Shown: in pieces, positions 53,162-62,709 of the stretch
Position numbering within the stretch: position 1 is the first letter of the stretch
Layout of the letters: every line of letters begins with the position of its first letter
Source of the DNA: an uncultured Chthonomonadaceae bacterium
Lineage (GTDB): Bacteria > Armatimonadota > Chthonomonadetes > Chthonomonadales > Chthonomonadaceae
Assembly (NCBI GenBank): GCA_963817895.1
Contig: CAWFQB010000003.1
Span: forward strand, 64,001-128,000
Direction of reading: 5' to 3'
Length of the DNA: 64,000 nt
Notes under the pieces: generated by a model
The model's input: only the letters and a program-made list of their open reading frames with translations
Database searches by the model: none
Told to the model about the DNA's origin: nothing
Translations under genes and position numbers: made by a program

Positions 53162-54760
53162 TTAATCTTCCATCAGGCGCATGATGGCTTTTGCCAGCAG
53201 TCCGGCGTCGTGGCGCACGACGTCGGTTTCGTTGATGTAGTTGCCGGGAAGGGGGCGGTAGCCGTCGGATTTCAGGCGATCCAAATCCGGCTCGACGAGG
53301 ATTGCGCCGGTTTTGCGGTACTTTTCCAACAGCGTAATGTCGGGGTGCTGCGTGTTGACCAGAACGTAGTTGAAAATGCGGGTTCCGGCATGGCGCTCGA
53401 TGGCGCGGACGTGATCGGATGCGGAAAATCCGTCCGTTTCTCCGGGCTGCGTCATCACGTTGCACACGTATACCTTTTTGGCTTTGGAGCGGCGAATGGC
53501 TTCCGGCACGCCGCGCACCAGTAGATTCGGAATCACGCTGGTATACACGCTGCCGGGTCCCATCACGATTACATCGGCTCTGGCAATGGCGTCCAGAACC
53601 GATTGCAGCGGGCAGGCGTCTTCGGGAACCAGAGTGACGCGCTTGATTTTCAGGGGCGAGTGGGCAATATTGGTTTCGCCATCCACAAACGAACCGTCCT
53701 CCATCTCGCCACGCAGTTTCACCTCATCTACGGTTGTCGGCAACACCTGCCCGCGTATGTTCAGAACCCGGCTGGTTTCCCGAACGCCCCGCTCGAAGTC
53801 CCCGTCATTGATGGCGCACATGGCCGCAATCAGCAGGTTTCCAAACGCATGATCGCGCAGGCCCTCGCCCATTGAGGATTGCCGATTGTCGATTGCCGAT
53901 TGAAGATTAGGGATCGAGGATTGGGAGTTGTCGCTTATTGTGTTCTCGCCTCGAATACCATTCCCATGTTCCGGCAATAGCACGTCACGAACCGTTGAGA
54001 GTTGAGAGTTGAGAGTTGAGGGTTCCGCGACTATGGATTGCGGATTGGAAATTGTGAATTGACTTTCCCCTTTTCCCTTTTCCCTTTTCCCTTCCTCTGT
54101 CTCCCTGTCTCCCTTTCTCCTCTTCTCCTCTTCTCCCTTTCTGTTCCCCTCCTCCGGCTTGACGTTGTTGCGAAAGCGGTACTGGAACAGTTCGGTCATT
54201 TGCGGTTCGGCGTCGGCGAGCGCGACAAGGCAGTTGCGAATGTCGCCGGGTGGCAGAATGTGCAGTTGTTTTTGCAGTTTGCCCGATGAGCCGCCATCAT
54301 CGGCAACCGTGACAATCGCGGTGATGTTGGCGGAATACCGTTTCAGGCCGCGCAGCATCGTAGACAGGCCGGTTCCGCCGCCGATGACGACAATCCGCCG
54401 TCCATGTGTGAGCCTGCGCCGCTGGTATACGATGTCCACCAGTCCGCCGGGAGCCATTTCAGGGTCGAGAACGCTGGTCAGCGATTGGATCAGGCGGGCA
54501 AGGGCAATCAGGCACAGACTCGCGCCGATTACCGTCAACATCACGCCAAGCTGACCCGGACGCAACGCGCCGACATGCGCGTGATGGATCAGCCAGTCGG
54601 CGAAGCGCACGGCAAGTGGTTTGTCCAGCCCCTCGTGCGCCTGAATAATCACGCCCATTCCTGCCATGAACGCCAGAAACCCAACGATGGCAAGGGCTAT
54701 CCAGCGCTTGACGTGCATGTTTGGGTACAGCCATTTCAGCGACGCGCGCAGTCGGCTCAT
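53162..54760 (-). CDS. yvcK: YvcK/GlmR UDP-GlcNAc-binding protein with N-terminal TM helices and ~100-aa insertion
   Basis: GGGTGLSTMLRGLK, DDGGSSG, PPGDIRN, GPGSVYTSVIPNL, NVMTQPGET, VRHD. Confidence 0.93.
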   Translation of the reverse strand: MSRLRASLKWLYPNMHVKRWIALAIVGFLAFMAGMGVIIQAHEGLDKPLAVRFADWLIHHAHVGALRPGQLGVMLTVIGASLCLIALARLIQSLTSVLDPEMAPGGLVDIVYQRRRLTHGRRIVVIGGGTGLSTMLRGLKRYSANITAIVTVADDGGSSGKLQKQLHILPPGDIRNCLVALADAEPQMTELFQYRFRNNVKPEEGNRKGEEEKRRKGDRETEEGKREKGKGESQFTISNPQSIVAEPSTLNSQLSTVRDVLLPEHGNGIRGENTISDNSQSSIPNLQSAIDNRQSSMGEGLRDHAFGNLLIAAMCAINDGDFERGVRETSRVLNIRGQVLPTTVDEVKLRGEMEDGSFVDGETNIAHSPLKIKRVTLVPEDACPLQSVLDAIARADVIVMGPGSVYTSVIPNLLVRGVPEAIRRSKAKKVYVCNVMTQPGETDGFSASDHVRAIERHAGTRIFNYVLVNTQHPDITLLEKYRKTGAILVEPDLDRLKSDGYRPLPGNYINETDVVRHDAGLLAKAIMRLMED

Positions 54761-54789
54761 GGGCGTGCCGGCCTTTCCAGGAAGGGGAG

Positions 54790-54824
54790 GGTGTTCGGTA
54801 TTCGGTATTCGGTGTTCGGTGTTG
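54790..54824. repeat. Heptamer array GGT(G/A)TTC x5
   Basis: Direct reading; between rapZ and yvcK. Confidence 0.8.
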
Positions 54825-54830
54825 GGAGGC

Positions 54831-55766
54831 TCATTTTGACCTCCGGTTGTCTTGCGCCGAAGTTGCGCCTGTTACCGTTTCCGCGCCGCCGGGTAGGGGG
54901 GGATTGGTTACGTCCCGGTGGCGAATGGCGACGTTCAAACCCTCGGCGCGCAACTGCGCCGCGAGGTCTTCCGTCAGCACGACGGAACGGTGTCTGCCGC
55001 CCGTGCAGCCGATGGCGATATTCAGGTACGCTTTGCCTTCGCGCTCGTACTGCGGCAGGGCGAAACGAATCAGATCAATCATTTTCTCATGAAACGGGTG
55101 GGTGAGCGGGTCGGCGTGGACATATTCGGCAACGGGCGCGTCCGTGCCATTCAGCGGTTTCAGGTCGGGAACGTAGTGCGGGTTGCGCAGAAAGCGAACA
55201 TCGAAAACAAGGTCGGCGTCAATGGGCAGGCCGTGCTTGAAGCCGAATGAGATCACGGTAATCAACATGCCGGGGCGCGTGTCGGGCGCATACGTGGCAT
55301 GAATCACGTCGCGGAACTGCGTGGCCGAGAGTTGGCTGGTATCCAGAACGCTGTCGGCAAGCGTCCGGGTAAATTCGAGCAGGCCGCGCTCTGCGTGGAT
55401 AGCGTCCACAATGCTGTCGCGCATCACGCCGTCTTCGGGGGCGCGTAACAGAGGGTGGGGGCGGCGCGTCTCTTTGAAGCGCTGCACGAGAGCCGCGTCG
55501 CTGGCGTCCACGAACAGCGTTTCCACGTCCACGCAGGCTTTGTCCAGTTGTTGCAGCACGTCGGGCAGTTCGGCAAAGGCCGCGCCCGCGCGGGTGTCAA
55601 TCACGACCGCGCCCCGCGCGTAGCCCTCCTCGCGGCAAAAGTTAATCAGCGCGGGCAGCAGGCGCGGCGGCAGGTTGTCTACCGTGTAGTAGCCCGCGTC
55701 CTCGAAACTATGCAGCGCCAGCGTTTTGCCCGCGCCCGATGGCCCCGTCAACACCACAAATCGCAT
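54831..55766 (-). CDS. rapZ: RNase adapter RapZ/YvcJ
   Basis: TGPSGAGK, VDNLP, ETRRPHPL, SFGFKHG, DVRFLRNP, GCTGGRHRSV. Confidence 0.96.
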   Translation of the reverse strand: MRFVVLTGPSGAGKTLALHSFEDAGYYTVDNLPPRLLPALINFCREEGYARGAVVIDTRAGAAFAELPDVLQQLDKACVDVETLFVDASDAALVQRFKETRRPHPLLRAPEDGVMRDSIVDAIHAERGLLEFTRTLADSVLDTSQLSATQFRDVIHATYAPDTRPGMLITVISFGFKHGLPIDADLVFDVRFLRNPHYVPDLKPLNGTDAPVAEYVHADPLTHPFHEKMIDLIRFALPQYEREGKAYLNIAIGCTGGRHRSVVLTEDLAAQLRAEGLNVAIRHRDVTNPPLPGGAETVTGATSAQDNRRSK

Positions 55767-56231
55767 CGCGTCTCGCCCTTCCCCACCAACCGCAACCAGA
55801 ATAGCGTCTTGCTGTTCTCATTATACCGCATTGCGCGTGGACAACTCTCTGGCCGCATTGTCAAGCCCGGGGCAGCGTCTTTAAATGGGGAGGAAAATAT
55901 GTAGAGACAGCGTCGAAATAGTGGCAATGCAGCGCTTCCAGCCCGGTGTCTCGTTGTGTCAAGTTTTTAAGAGGAGGCGTCGCGACCTCGAAAGCGTCAG
56001 GGCGAACGGGAGTAGTAGTACATTGCCTTGCGCCTCCTTTATAATGTAGTAGACATTTGTTTATGTAGACCGCGTTTGTGCCGCGAAAGTTTCCTTGTTT
56101 CGCGTTGTTCAGAACTTTATTCTGTATTCGCGCCTTTTTTTGGGCGGGAGCGTGTTTGCCGCAGGTCTACTGCGTAACTCACCGCGCCCAAAAAGAGAGA
56201 TTTCTGCAAGCAATAAATATTTGCGCAAGTC

Positions 56232-56260
56232 TTGACACAGCAATTGACCTGTGCTATAGT
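56232..56260 (+). promoter_or_regulatory. Sigma70 promoter TTGACA-N17-TATAGT with extended -10 TG
   Basis: Hexamers at 56232-56237 and 56255-56260, upstream of the C39-Rhs locus. Confidence 0.7.
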
Positions 56261-56474
56261 CTCACAATCCTGTTGTGTTAATATGCCGGAAGATATAAAT
56301 TCAGGCGAACAGCGCCAGGAGCGCCATCCTCGAAGCCCCTTTTGTCCCGACGCAGAACGCTTCCCGCATCCGTTCGCATTATCTTGTTCTCTTTTCTCTC
56401 GCCCTGTTGTTTGCAGGATTGTTGGCAGCCGTTTTGTGTTCACCTGTGTTTCCTCGTGAAAGGCATGGTGGGTC

Positions 56475-57302
56475 ATGGTTGTTTCTTGTCCTGTTCGCCT
56501 GCGCCCTTATTCTTTACGGCTTCTGCTGCTGGCAAGCCTGCCCCTGCTTGTCGGCTGCTCCCATGCGCCCCCTTCCGCAACCCTGTCACAAACGCGCTCC
56601 ACGCCGCGTATGCAGAGGACTGCCGCGCTCGTTACCCTCACGCCGCAACAAACCGCCCTTGCAACTGTACAAGCCCTGCCCCTGTACCAGCAGGCGCGGC
56701 AAGCCTGCAACGCGCGGCAATTCCGCCGCGCTTCCGACCTCCTTGCCCAACTCGCCGCTTCTTCTACTCTTTCCGCCGAACAAGTCGCCTTTGTGCAGGA
56801 ACAACGCGACCTGTGCCTGCATGATGCCGGACTGCCGCTGGAGGAGAGAAAAGGAGAAGAGGAGCAGAGGAGAAAAGGAGAAGAAGCAACCGCAACCCCA
56901 ACACCCGACACCCAACACCCAACCCCCTCTGCCGATTGTGGGCCGCGCGCTCTGTTGCTGGCGTGTGAGCGGTTGGGCGTGAAGACAACCCTGCCGCAGT
57001 TGCGGAAGGGGGCAGGCACGACGGCAGGGGGAACCAGTTTAGCAGGATTGGCGGACGCGGCGAAGCGGATGGGGTTGAAAGCGGAGGGCGTTCAGGTCAG
57101 CCGCGAAGCGCCTGGCGATGTGGAGATGCCCGCTCTGGCTTACGTCAACGGCAACCATTTTGTGGCTGTGCTGAGTGTGCAGGGAAGGGGTGAAGGCGGC
57201 ACGGCGCGTATTCACGACCCCAACAAGGGAGAGGAAGAGACGATTTCACAGGAACGCTTACTGCGCCTGTGCAGTGGCTATCTGCTGTTAGTGCAGAAGT
57301 AG
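56475..57302 (+). CDS. Lipoprotein with stand-alone C39 cysteine peptidase domain
   Basis: Lipobox LLVGC; DCGPRAL, GTSLAGL..AA..GL, NHFVAV, IHDPN. Confidence 0.88.
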   Translation: MVVSCPVRLRPYSLRLLLLASLPLLVGCSHAPPSATLSQTRSTPRMQRTAALVTLTPQQTALATVQALPLYQQARQACNARQFRRASDLLAQLAASSTLSAEQVAFVQEQRDLCLHDAGLPLEERKGEEEQRRKGEEATATPTPDTQHPTPSADCGPRALLLACERLGVKTTLPQLRKGAGTTAGGTSLAGLADAAKRMGLKAEGVQVSREAPGDVEMPALAYVNGNHFVAVLSVQGRGEGGTARIHDPNKGEEETISQERLLRLCSGYLLLVQK

Positions 57303-57361
57303 CTTCAATGATTTACACGATTTACATGGATGTGGACTCTGCTTTGCGCAGAGAAAACGAA

Positions 57362-57563
57362 CCGCCCTTCTCCTCCTGTTCTTTGGTCGGACCAGAGGAG
57401 AAAGAGCGGCAGAAGGCCCGAAGGCTTGGGGGTATTGTACCCGAGTCCTTGCGGTCTGTCAACCGGAGCAGCGACAACGGTCGTTGTTCCCGCTTTGCGG
57501 CAACACGAGTGCTGCAAAGCGTCTGCGGTCTGTTCCGCACACCCTCTATCCTGTTCGACAGGA
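57362..57563 (+). ncRNA. Putative structured RNA leader of six consecutive hairpins upstream of rhs
   Basis: Hand-paired stems, e.g. 57465-57490 (11 bp) and 57491-57521 (12 bp), with G-U pairs valid on the + strand. Confidence 0.45.
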
Positions 57564-57577
57564 GAAAGGCAGGACTC

Positions 57578-60500
57578 ATGCTTGATTCTTCGCAACTCTG
57601 GCGGCGCAACGACTGTGCCGCCACGCGGGAAGGTTCCCCGCCTCCTCTGCGGGAGGGTTTCTCGGCCCTCTCTTCACGTTCGCCGCGTTGTCGTCAGCCG
57701 CGCTGGTTGCGTCTGAGCGCATCGGGTATGACGGCCCTCTTCGCGTGGATGGTTCTGCTTGCCACGCCCGCGCAGGCGCTCGCCCATCCTGCTCTCACGC
57801 CGCAACATCGGGACGGCATTCGCCTGCTGCCGTCTGCCGAAATGACGCGGATGGTGGGGGCGCAAAGCACGGGGCATCCCCTCTCCATCTCGCCGCAGGC
57901 CAGTTCCACTTTCCCGTGGGAAGGCAGCGTGGGCGGCACGAACACGGGCAACGGCAACAAGCTCACGCAGATACCCCTCGTGGGCTGGACACAAAGAGGC
58001 GGCTTGCCGGTCGGGTTGACCCTCGCCCACAACAGCCAGAGCAGCCACAGCGGGGAGTTGGGACCCAAGTGGACGCACTGCTTCGACGTGTACCTGACCG
58101 CCGTCAGCGGCGGCGCGACCACGGACGACGGGCCGCCCCCGCCCAGCTACTCTGTGCATTGGGGCGATGATCTCTCCTACACCTTCGCCAACAACGGCAG
58201 CAACGTGTTCTCCCCACCCACCGGCATCTACGACACGCTGGTTCAGAACGTGGACGGCACCTACACCCTGACCACGAAAGGGCAGGTGAAGTACCACTTC
58301 AACACCAGCCTCTACTGCGACACCATTACGGACAGCAACGCAATGCTATCTCCATCAGCCACAACACGGGCAACTACGTGACGAGCGTTGCGGACGCGAC
58401 AGGCAGAACCCTCTCGTTCAGCTACGACACGAGCAGCCGCATCTCCACCGTCACCGATCCGCTCAGCCGGGTGTGGACGCTCAGCTATGACAGCAGCAGC
58501 AACCTCAGCCAGGTTGCCCTGCCGCTCCTTGCCGGGCAGACAACCGGCAGCAACTACCACTATACATTGGGCTACAACACCGCCCATGATCTCACCAGTC
58601 TGACCACGCCCGGCGGCAGAGGCTGGACCGCGACGTACAACGCCGCAGACAACAGCCTCGCCACGGAAACGGATGGCTGCGGCAACCAGACGGGCTATTC
58701 TTACACGGCTTCCGCGACCACCATCACGGACGCCAACAGCCACAGCGTGACTCACAACTACTCCGGCGGCAAACTCAGCAACGAAACCGACAATCTGAGC
58801 CATGCGGTGTCGTATACGTATGACGCGAGCTACAACAAGACAGCCGTGCAGGATCAGCGGGGCAAGACGTGGAACTACACCTTCGACAGCCACGCCAACG
58901 TTCTCACCACAACCGATCCCCTGTCCAATGTCACCACCTACACTTACAACAGCCACAACAAAGTGTTGACGGTGACAGACGCGCTCACGCATGTCACGAC
59001 CACCAACACCTACGACGGCTGCGACAACCTGCTGACGAGTACGGATGCTTTGTCCCACCAGACGAGCTACGGCTATGACAGCAACGGGTATGGTCTGCTC
59101 GTCACCGTTACCGACCCGCTCACCCATGTCACCAGCATGGGCTATGATGCGGACGGGAACCTGACCAGCGTAGAAGATGCCAATAGCCATACATCCACCA
59201 TCAGTGTTAACGGCCTGGGCTGGAAGACCGGCACAACAGACGCGCTCAGTCATTCCTCGACAATCAGTTACGACACGTGGGGCCGAACAACTAGCGTCAC
59301 CACGCCCGCAGGCACGACCGCAACCGTCTACGATGCCGACAGCAATGTCACGTCCGTAACCGATGGCAACAGCCACACGAGCAGCACCACGTATGACAGC
59401 GACAGCAGGCCGCTGGTGGTCACATCGGCCAATGGCGACACCTTCACCTACGCCTACGATGGCACAGGGCAGAAGGGGTTGTTGAGCAGCACGACGGACG
59501 GCAACAGCCACACAACGACGTTCAGTTACGACAGCCTGAACCGGAAGACAGGCGCAAGTTACGCCGACAGCACAAGCGAGAGTTGGGCGTATGATTACGC
59601 TTCCAACCTGAGCAGCCACACGGACGGCAACGGCAAAACCATCGCCAACACCTACGATGATGCCGGACAGTTGACAGCCGTGACCTATCCGAGTGGAAGC
59701 GGGGCGGGAACGGGCATTTCGTACACGTATGACGTGGCCGGCAGGCGGACGGGCATGACGGATGTGACCGGCAGTTGGGGCTATACCTTCGACAACGCCA
59801 ACCGCCTGACGCAAATTGCTGCGCCGAACGGCAACACGGGGTACGGCTACGACAACGCCAACAGACGGACGAGCATGACCGTCAGCGGCGTCACAGGAAG
59901 CTGGAGTTACAGCTACGATGCGGGCAACCGTCTCACGTCCACAAGCAACCCCTACTCGGAAAGCACCAGTCTGAGTTACGACGATGCCAACCGGCTGACC
60001 AGCCAGACCAACGGCAACAGCAGCGTCAGCACGTTCGGTTACGATAACGCCAACCGAACAACGGACATCTGGCACAAGGACAGCAGCGCAAGCGTTCTGG
60101 CGCACTACGGCTATACGTATGATTATGCCAACAACGTCCTGACCCGAACCGATACGAACGGCGATGTGACCACGTTCGGCTACGACAATGCCGACCAACT
60201 CACGGGCGAAAGCCGGGGCAACGGACATGGCCTGGGCTACTCCCTTGCCTTCACCTACGACCACAACCACAACCGCCACACCAAGGTGACGGGAACGGGA
60301 GGCGGCGCGGTCACGGACACGTACAGTTACGATGCCCATGACAAGCTGACGGGCATCTCAGGCGGCACGAACAAGACCTACGGGTACGATAGCAACGGCA
60401 ACTGCACGTCCGTTACCGTCGGCAGCAATGTCACGACCGTTGCCTACGATGTCGAGAATCGCGTCACGCAGATCACGTATCCGAGCAGCGCGGTCAACAC

Positions 60501-61428
60501 GTTCGCGTACAACGGCGAAGACTTGCGAACGCAGAAGGTGGACAGCAGCGGCACGAAGAACTACGTCTGCGATGGTTCCTCTCCCGCTTCTGCCGTGTTG
60601 AAGGACGGTTCTGCCGTCTACACGCCCGGACTGTCGGAACGGAGAAGCGGCACGAGCAAGTTCCTGCACGGGGATGCGCTTGGCAGTACCAGAGGCATAA
60701 CGGACAGCAGCCAGAGCGTGACGGACAGCCTGTTGTACGATGCGTTCGGCAATGTGCTGAGCCGAACGGGAACCACGCCAACCCCATTCGGCTTCGTGGG
60801 AAGCCAGCAGTACCAGAGTGACAGTGATAGCGGACTGCAACTGCTTGGACACCGCTACTACGATCCCTCTGTTGGACGCTTCCTCTCCTCGGACCCGAAA
60901 AAGGCCGGAACCAACTGGTACGCCTACTGCAACAACAATCCACTACGTGGAGCCGATCCGCGCGGATTGGACTGGGTTGATAATGCGGCCAACTTCTTTG
61001 CCGGTTGGGGTGACACACTCACAGGGGGTATTACGCACGATATTCGGGTTGGCATTGGCGGTGACGGGTCAGTTGACCCAAGTTCTGGCTGGTATCATGG
61101 TGGTCAAGTTGTAGGCATATTGCATGAGATCGCCTTTGCAGTAGTTACAGGTGGTGTCGAAGAGCCTGGCATCCCCGAAGGCCCAGGCATTCCAGAACCA
61201 GTAGGACCAGGCGTGCCAGCAGAACCATACCCCGGATATCCAGGTACGCCAGCGGCGCCAAGTGCGCCCGCCGTTCCAGCAGAACCATACCCGGGCTATC
61301 CAGGTACGCCAGTTGGGCCAGGCACACCAGCAGGGCCAGGCACCCCACCAGCACCAAGCGTACCGCTGCCACCGCGGCCATACTACGTACCGCACTCATT
61401 TCCGGTAGACTTCGACATGCTTGTGTAG
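57578..61428 (+). CDS. Rhs/YD-repeat protein (frameshift near 58340) with Pro/Gly-rich C-terminal domain
   Basis: NTGNGN..LGPKWTH N-terminal domain, YD repeats, HRYYDPSVGRFLSSDP..YAYCNNNP..DPRGL core end; one G missing in AAC G[G]C AAT. Confidence 0.92.
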
Positions 61429-61441
61429 TGTTGCTAAAGTG

Positions 61442-61536
61442 CAGTATCTTTGCACTTTTTGAAAAATGAGATAGCGAATTACTACTGCCTGCCCGCTTGC
61501 ATATATCTCAAAATGTGAAAACGTGCAAAGATACTG
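61442..61536. repeat. ~95-bp imperfect palindrome directly after rhs
   Basis: CAGTATCTTTGCAC / GTGCAAAGATACTG plus inner TGAGATA / TATCTCA. Confidence 0.75.
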
Positions 61537-61557
61537 TAAACTGACAGTTCCTCGTCA

Positions 61558-62154
61558 TCATTTTTGAAACGGCGCAACCAATCGATCCGCTAACTCTATC
61601 CGTATTCCAGGACAGTGTTTCTGGATAAGTTGCGAGGAAATAGAGGAGATCGTCGGCTGTTCCTGCCGAAGCGCGAGTATCGCTCCACTATCGAAAGCCA
61701 ACAACTCCGAAACAAGCGTGGCGGCCTCGCGGTACGATGACATCTGAGTGGCAATGCTGATACCCAACCGCGTAGCGACATACTGCTCCTGAAAAACAAC
61801 GCACAGACCCTCCTCTAAAACAGTGGTTGCCACGGACAGGTTCGGTGATATCAGATGAACACATTCATGAGCAAGCTGCCATAGAGCCATGATCATGCTG
61901 CCCGCGTTTACCAGTTGCAGCTGAATCACAACGTGCTTTCGCCCGCCGGGAAACCATATTCTCGGCCCATCTGCGGCAAACTCGATGCCTAAAATGGTAT
62001 AAGACTGGTCTCGACAGCCGAATCGCGCTTCGACCATTACCAGCATGTCGCTGAGCCATGAAGCGAGCGTATAGGAGTATCCTGAGCGTTCTGCTAACGG
62101 TTCCGCTACGACCAGTTGCTTTGCAAGGGTGATGGTATTTTGCGTTTGCGACAT
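61558..62154 (-). CDS. HEXXH metallopeptidase-like hypothetical protein
   Basis: WQLAHECVHL..EEGL; AAGGAG RBS. Confidence 0.7.
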   Translation of the reverse strand: MSQTQNTITLAKQLVVAEPLAERSGYSYTLASWLSDMLVMVEARFGCRDQSYTILGIEFAADGPRIWFPGGRKHVVIQLQLVNAGSMIMALWQLAHECVHLISPNLSVATTVLEEGLCVVFQEQYVATRLGISIATQMSSYREAATLVSELLAFDSGAILALRQEQPTISSISSQLIQKHCPGIRIELADRLVAPFQK

Positions 62155-62285
62155 AAGTAAGTCTCCTTTTCGCCCTATGCTTACAAAGGCAATGGTGACA
62201 TCCCCCGTTTTAGTCCGGTGGAAATGTTAGTATCCTTACGCATTGCGCATGTTGAGGCAGGTTATTTTCCTGTTCTTTGTGCCAC

Positions 62286-62408
62286 CTAGTACACCATCAA
62301 GGTAGGATAGTTGGATGTGTCGTAGGGGTTCTGCTTGCTGAACCCTCCTTATACAAGGCGCAGCAAGCAACGCCCCTACCTAACTATCCTACCTTGACGG
62401 TGTACTAG
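62286..62408. mobile_element. MITE-like element with CTAG ends and nested GTAG-type REP
   Basis: CTAGTACACCATCAAGGTAGGATAGTT / AACTATCCTACCTTGACGGTGTACTAG (26/27); inner GTAGGGG..TGCTTGCTG / CAGCAAGCA..CCCCTAC. Confidence 0.7.
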
Positions 62409-62709
62409 CTCTGAATTCACCGAAGTTAAGTAGCTCAATACTTACATAGACGGATTCTTCATTATACTCTCTTCGCCAATTTCCGATTAGCACCTGCGCT
62501 TCGCTGAGGATGGCAAAGGGGTTCCATATAAGAACCCGTCGTGGAAGCGTCCATGAAAACTCTCGAAATCGTTTTACCAGGGACTTCCTTTCTCATTAGT
62601 ATATCATGTTCGCGCCAAAAGAATACGCAGAGTGCTGTAACCGACGGTACTCGCGCTCTGGTATAAGAAAAACTCGACCGTTCGGCACGTCCGGCGCGAA
62701 AAACCAGAG

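Noticed and set aside
53870..54170. YvcK/TrmFO insertions as inteins or introns
   Set aside because: No Cys/Ser start with His-Asn end, no homing endonuclease motifs and no group I/II intron features; they are low-complexity repeats.
56407..56982. Overlapping hydrophobic, Cys-rich ORF across the C39 start
   Set aside because: No ATG or RBS in that frame and it overlaps a well-supported gene.
2710..58381. About 12 frameshifts (kptA, reductase, ssuB, GH30, 21.4-kb gene x3, kdgK, HTH-TPR x2, HAF protein, CBM-peptidase, rhs) as programmed frameshifting or mass pseudogenisation
   Set aside because: They appear to be single-base indels, often in short runs, with otherwise intact motifs and no slippery heptamers; long-read/assembly error is the simplest explanation. 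A read pileup is needed to confirm.
58312..60339. 675-aa antisense ORF over rhs (and similar long shadow ORFs over katE, the kinase and GH51)
   Set aside because: Expected shadow frames of GC-biased or repetitive genes; no motifs or RBS.
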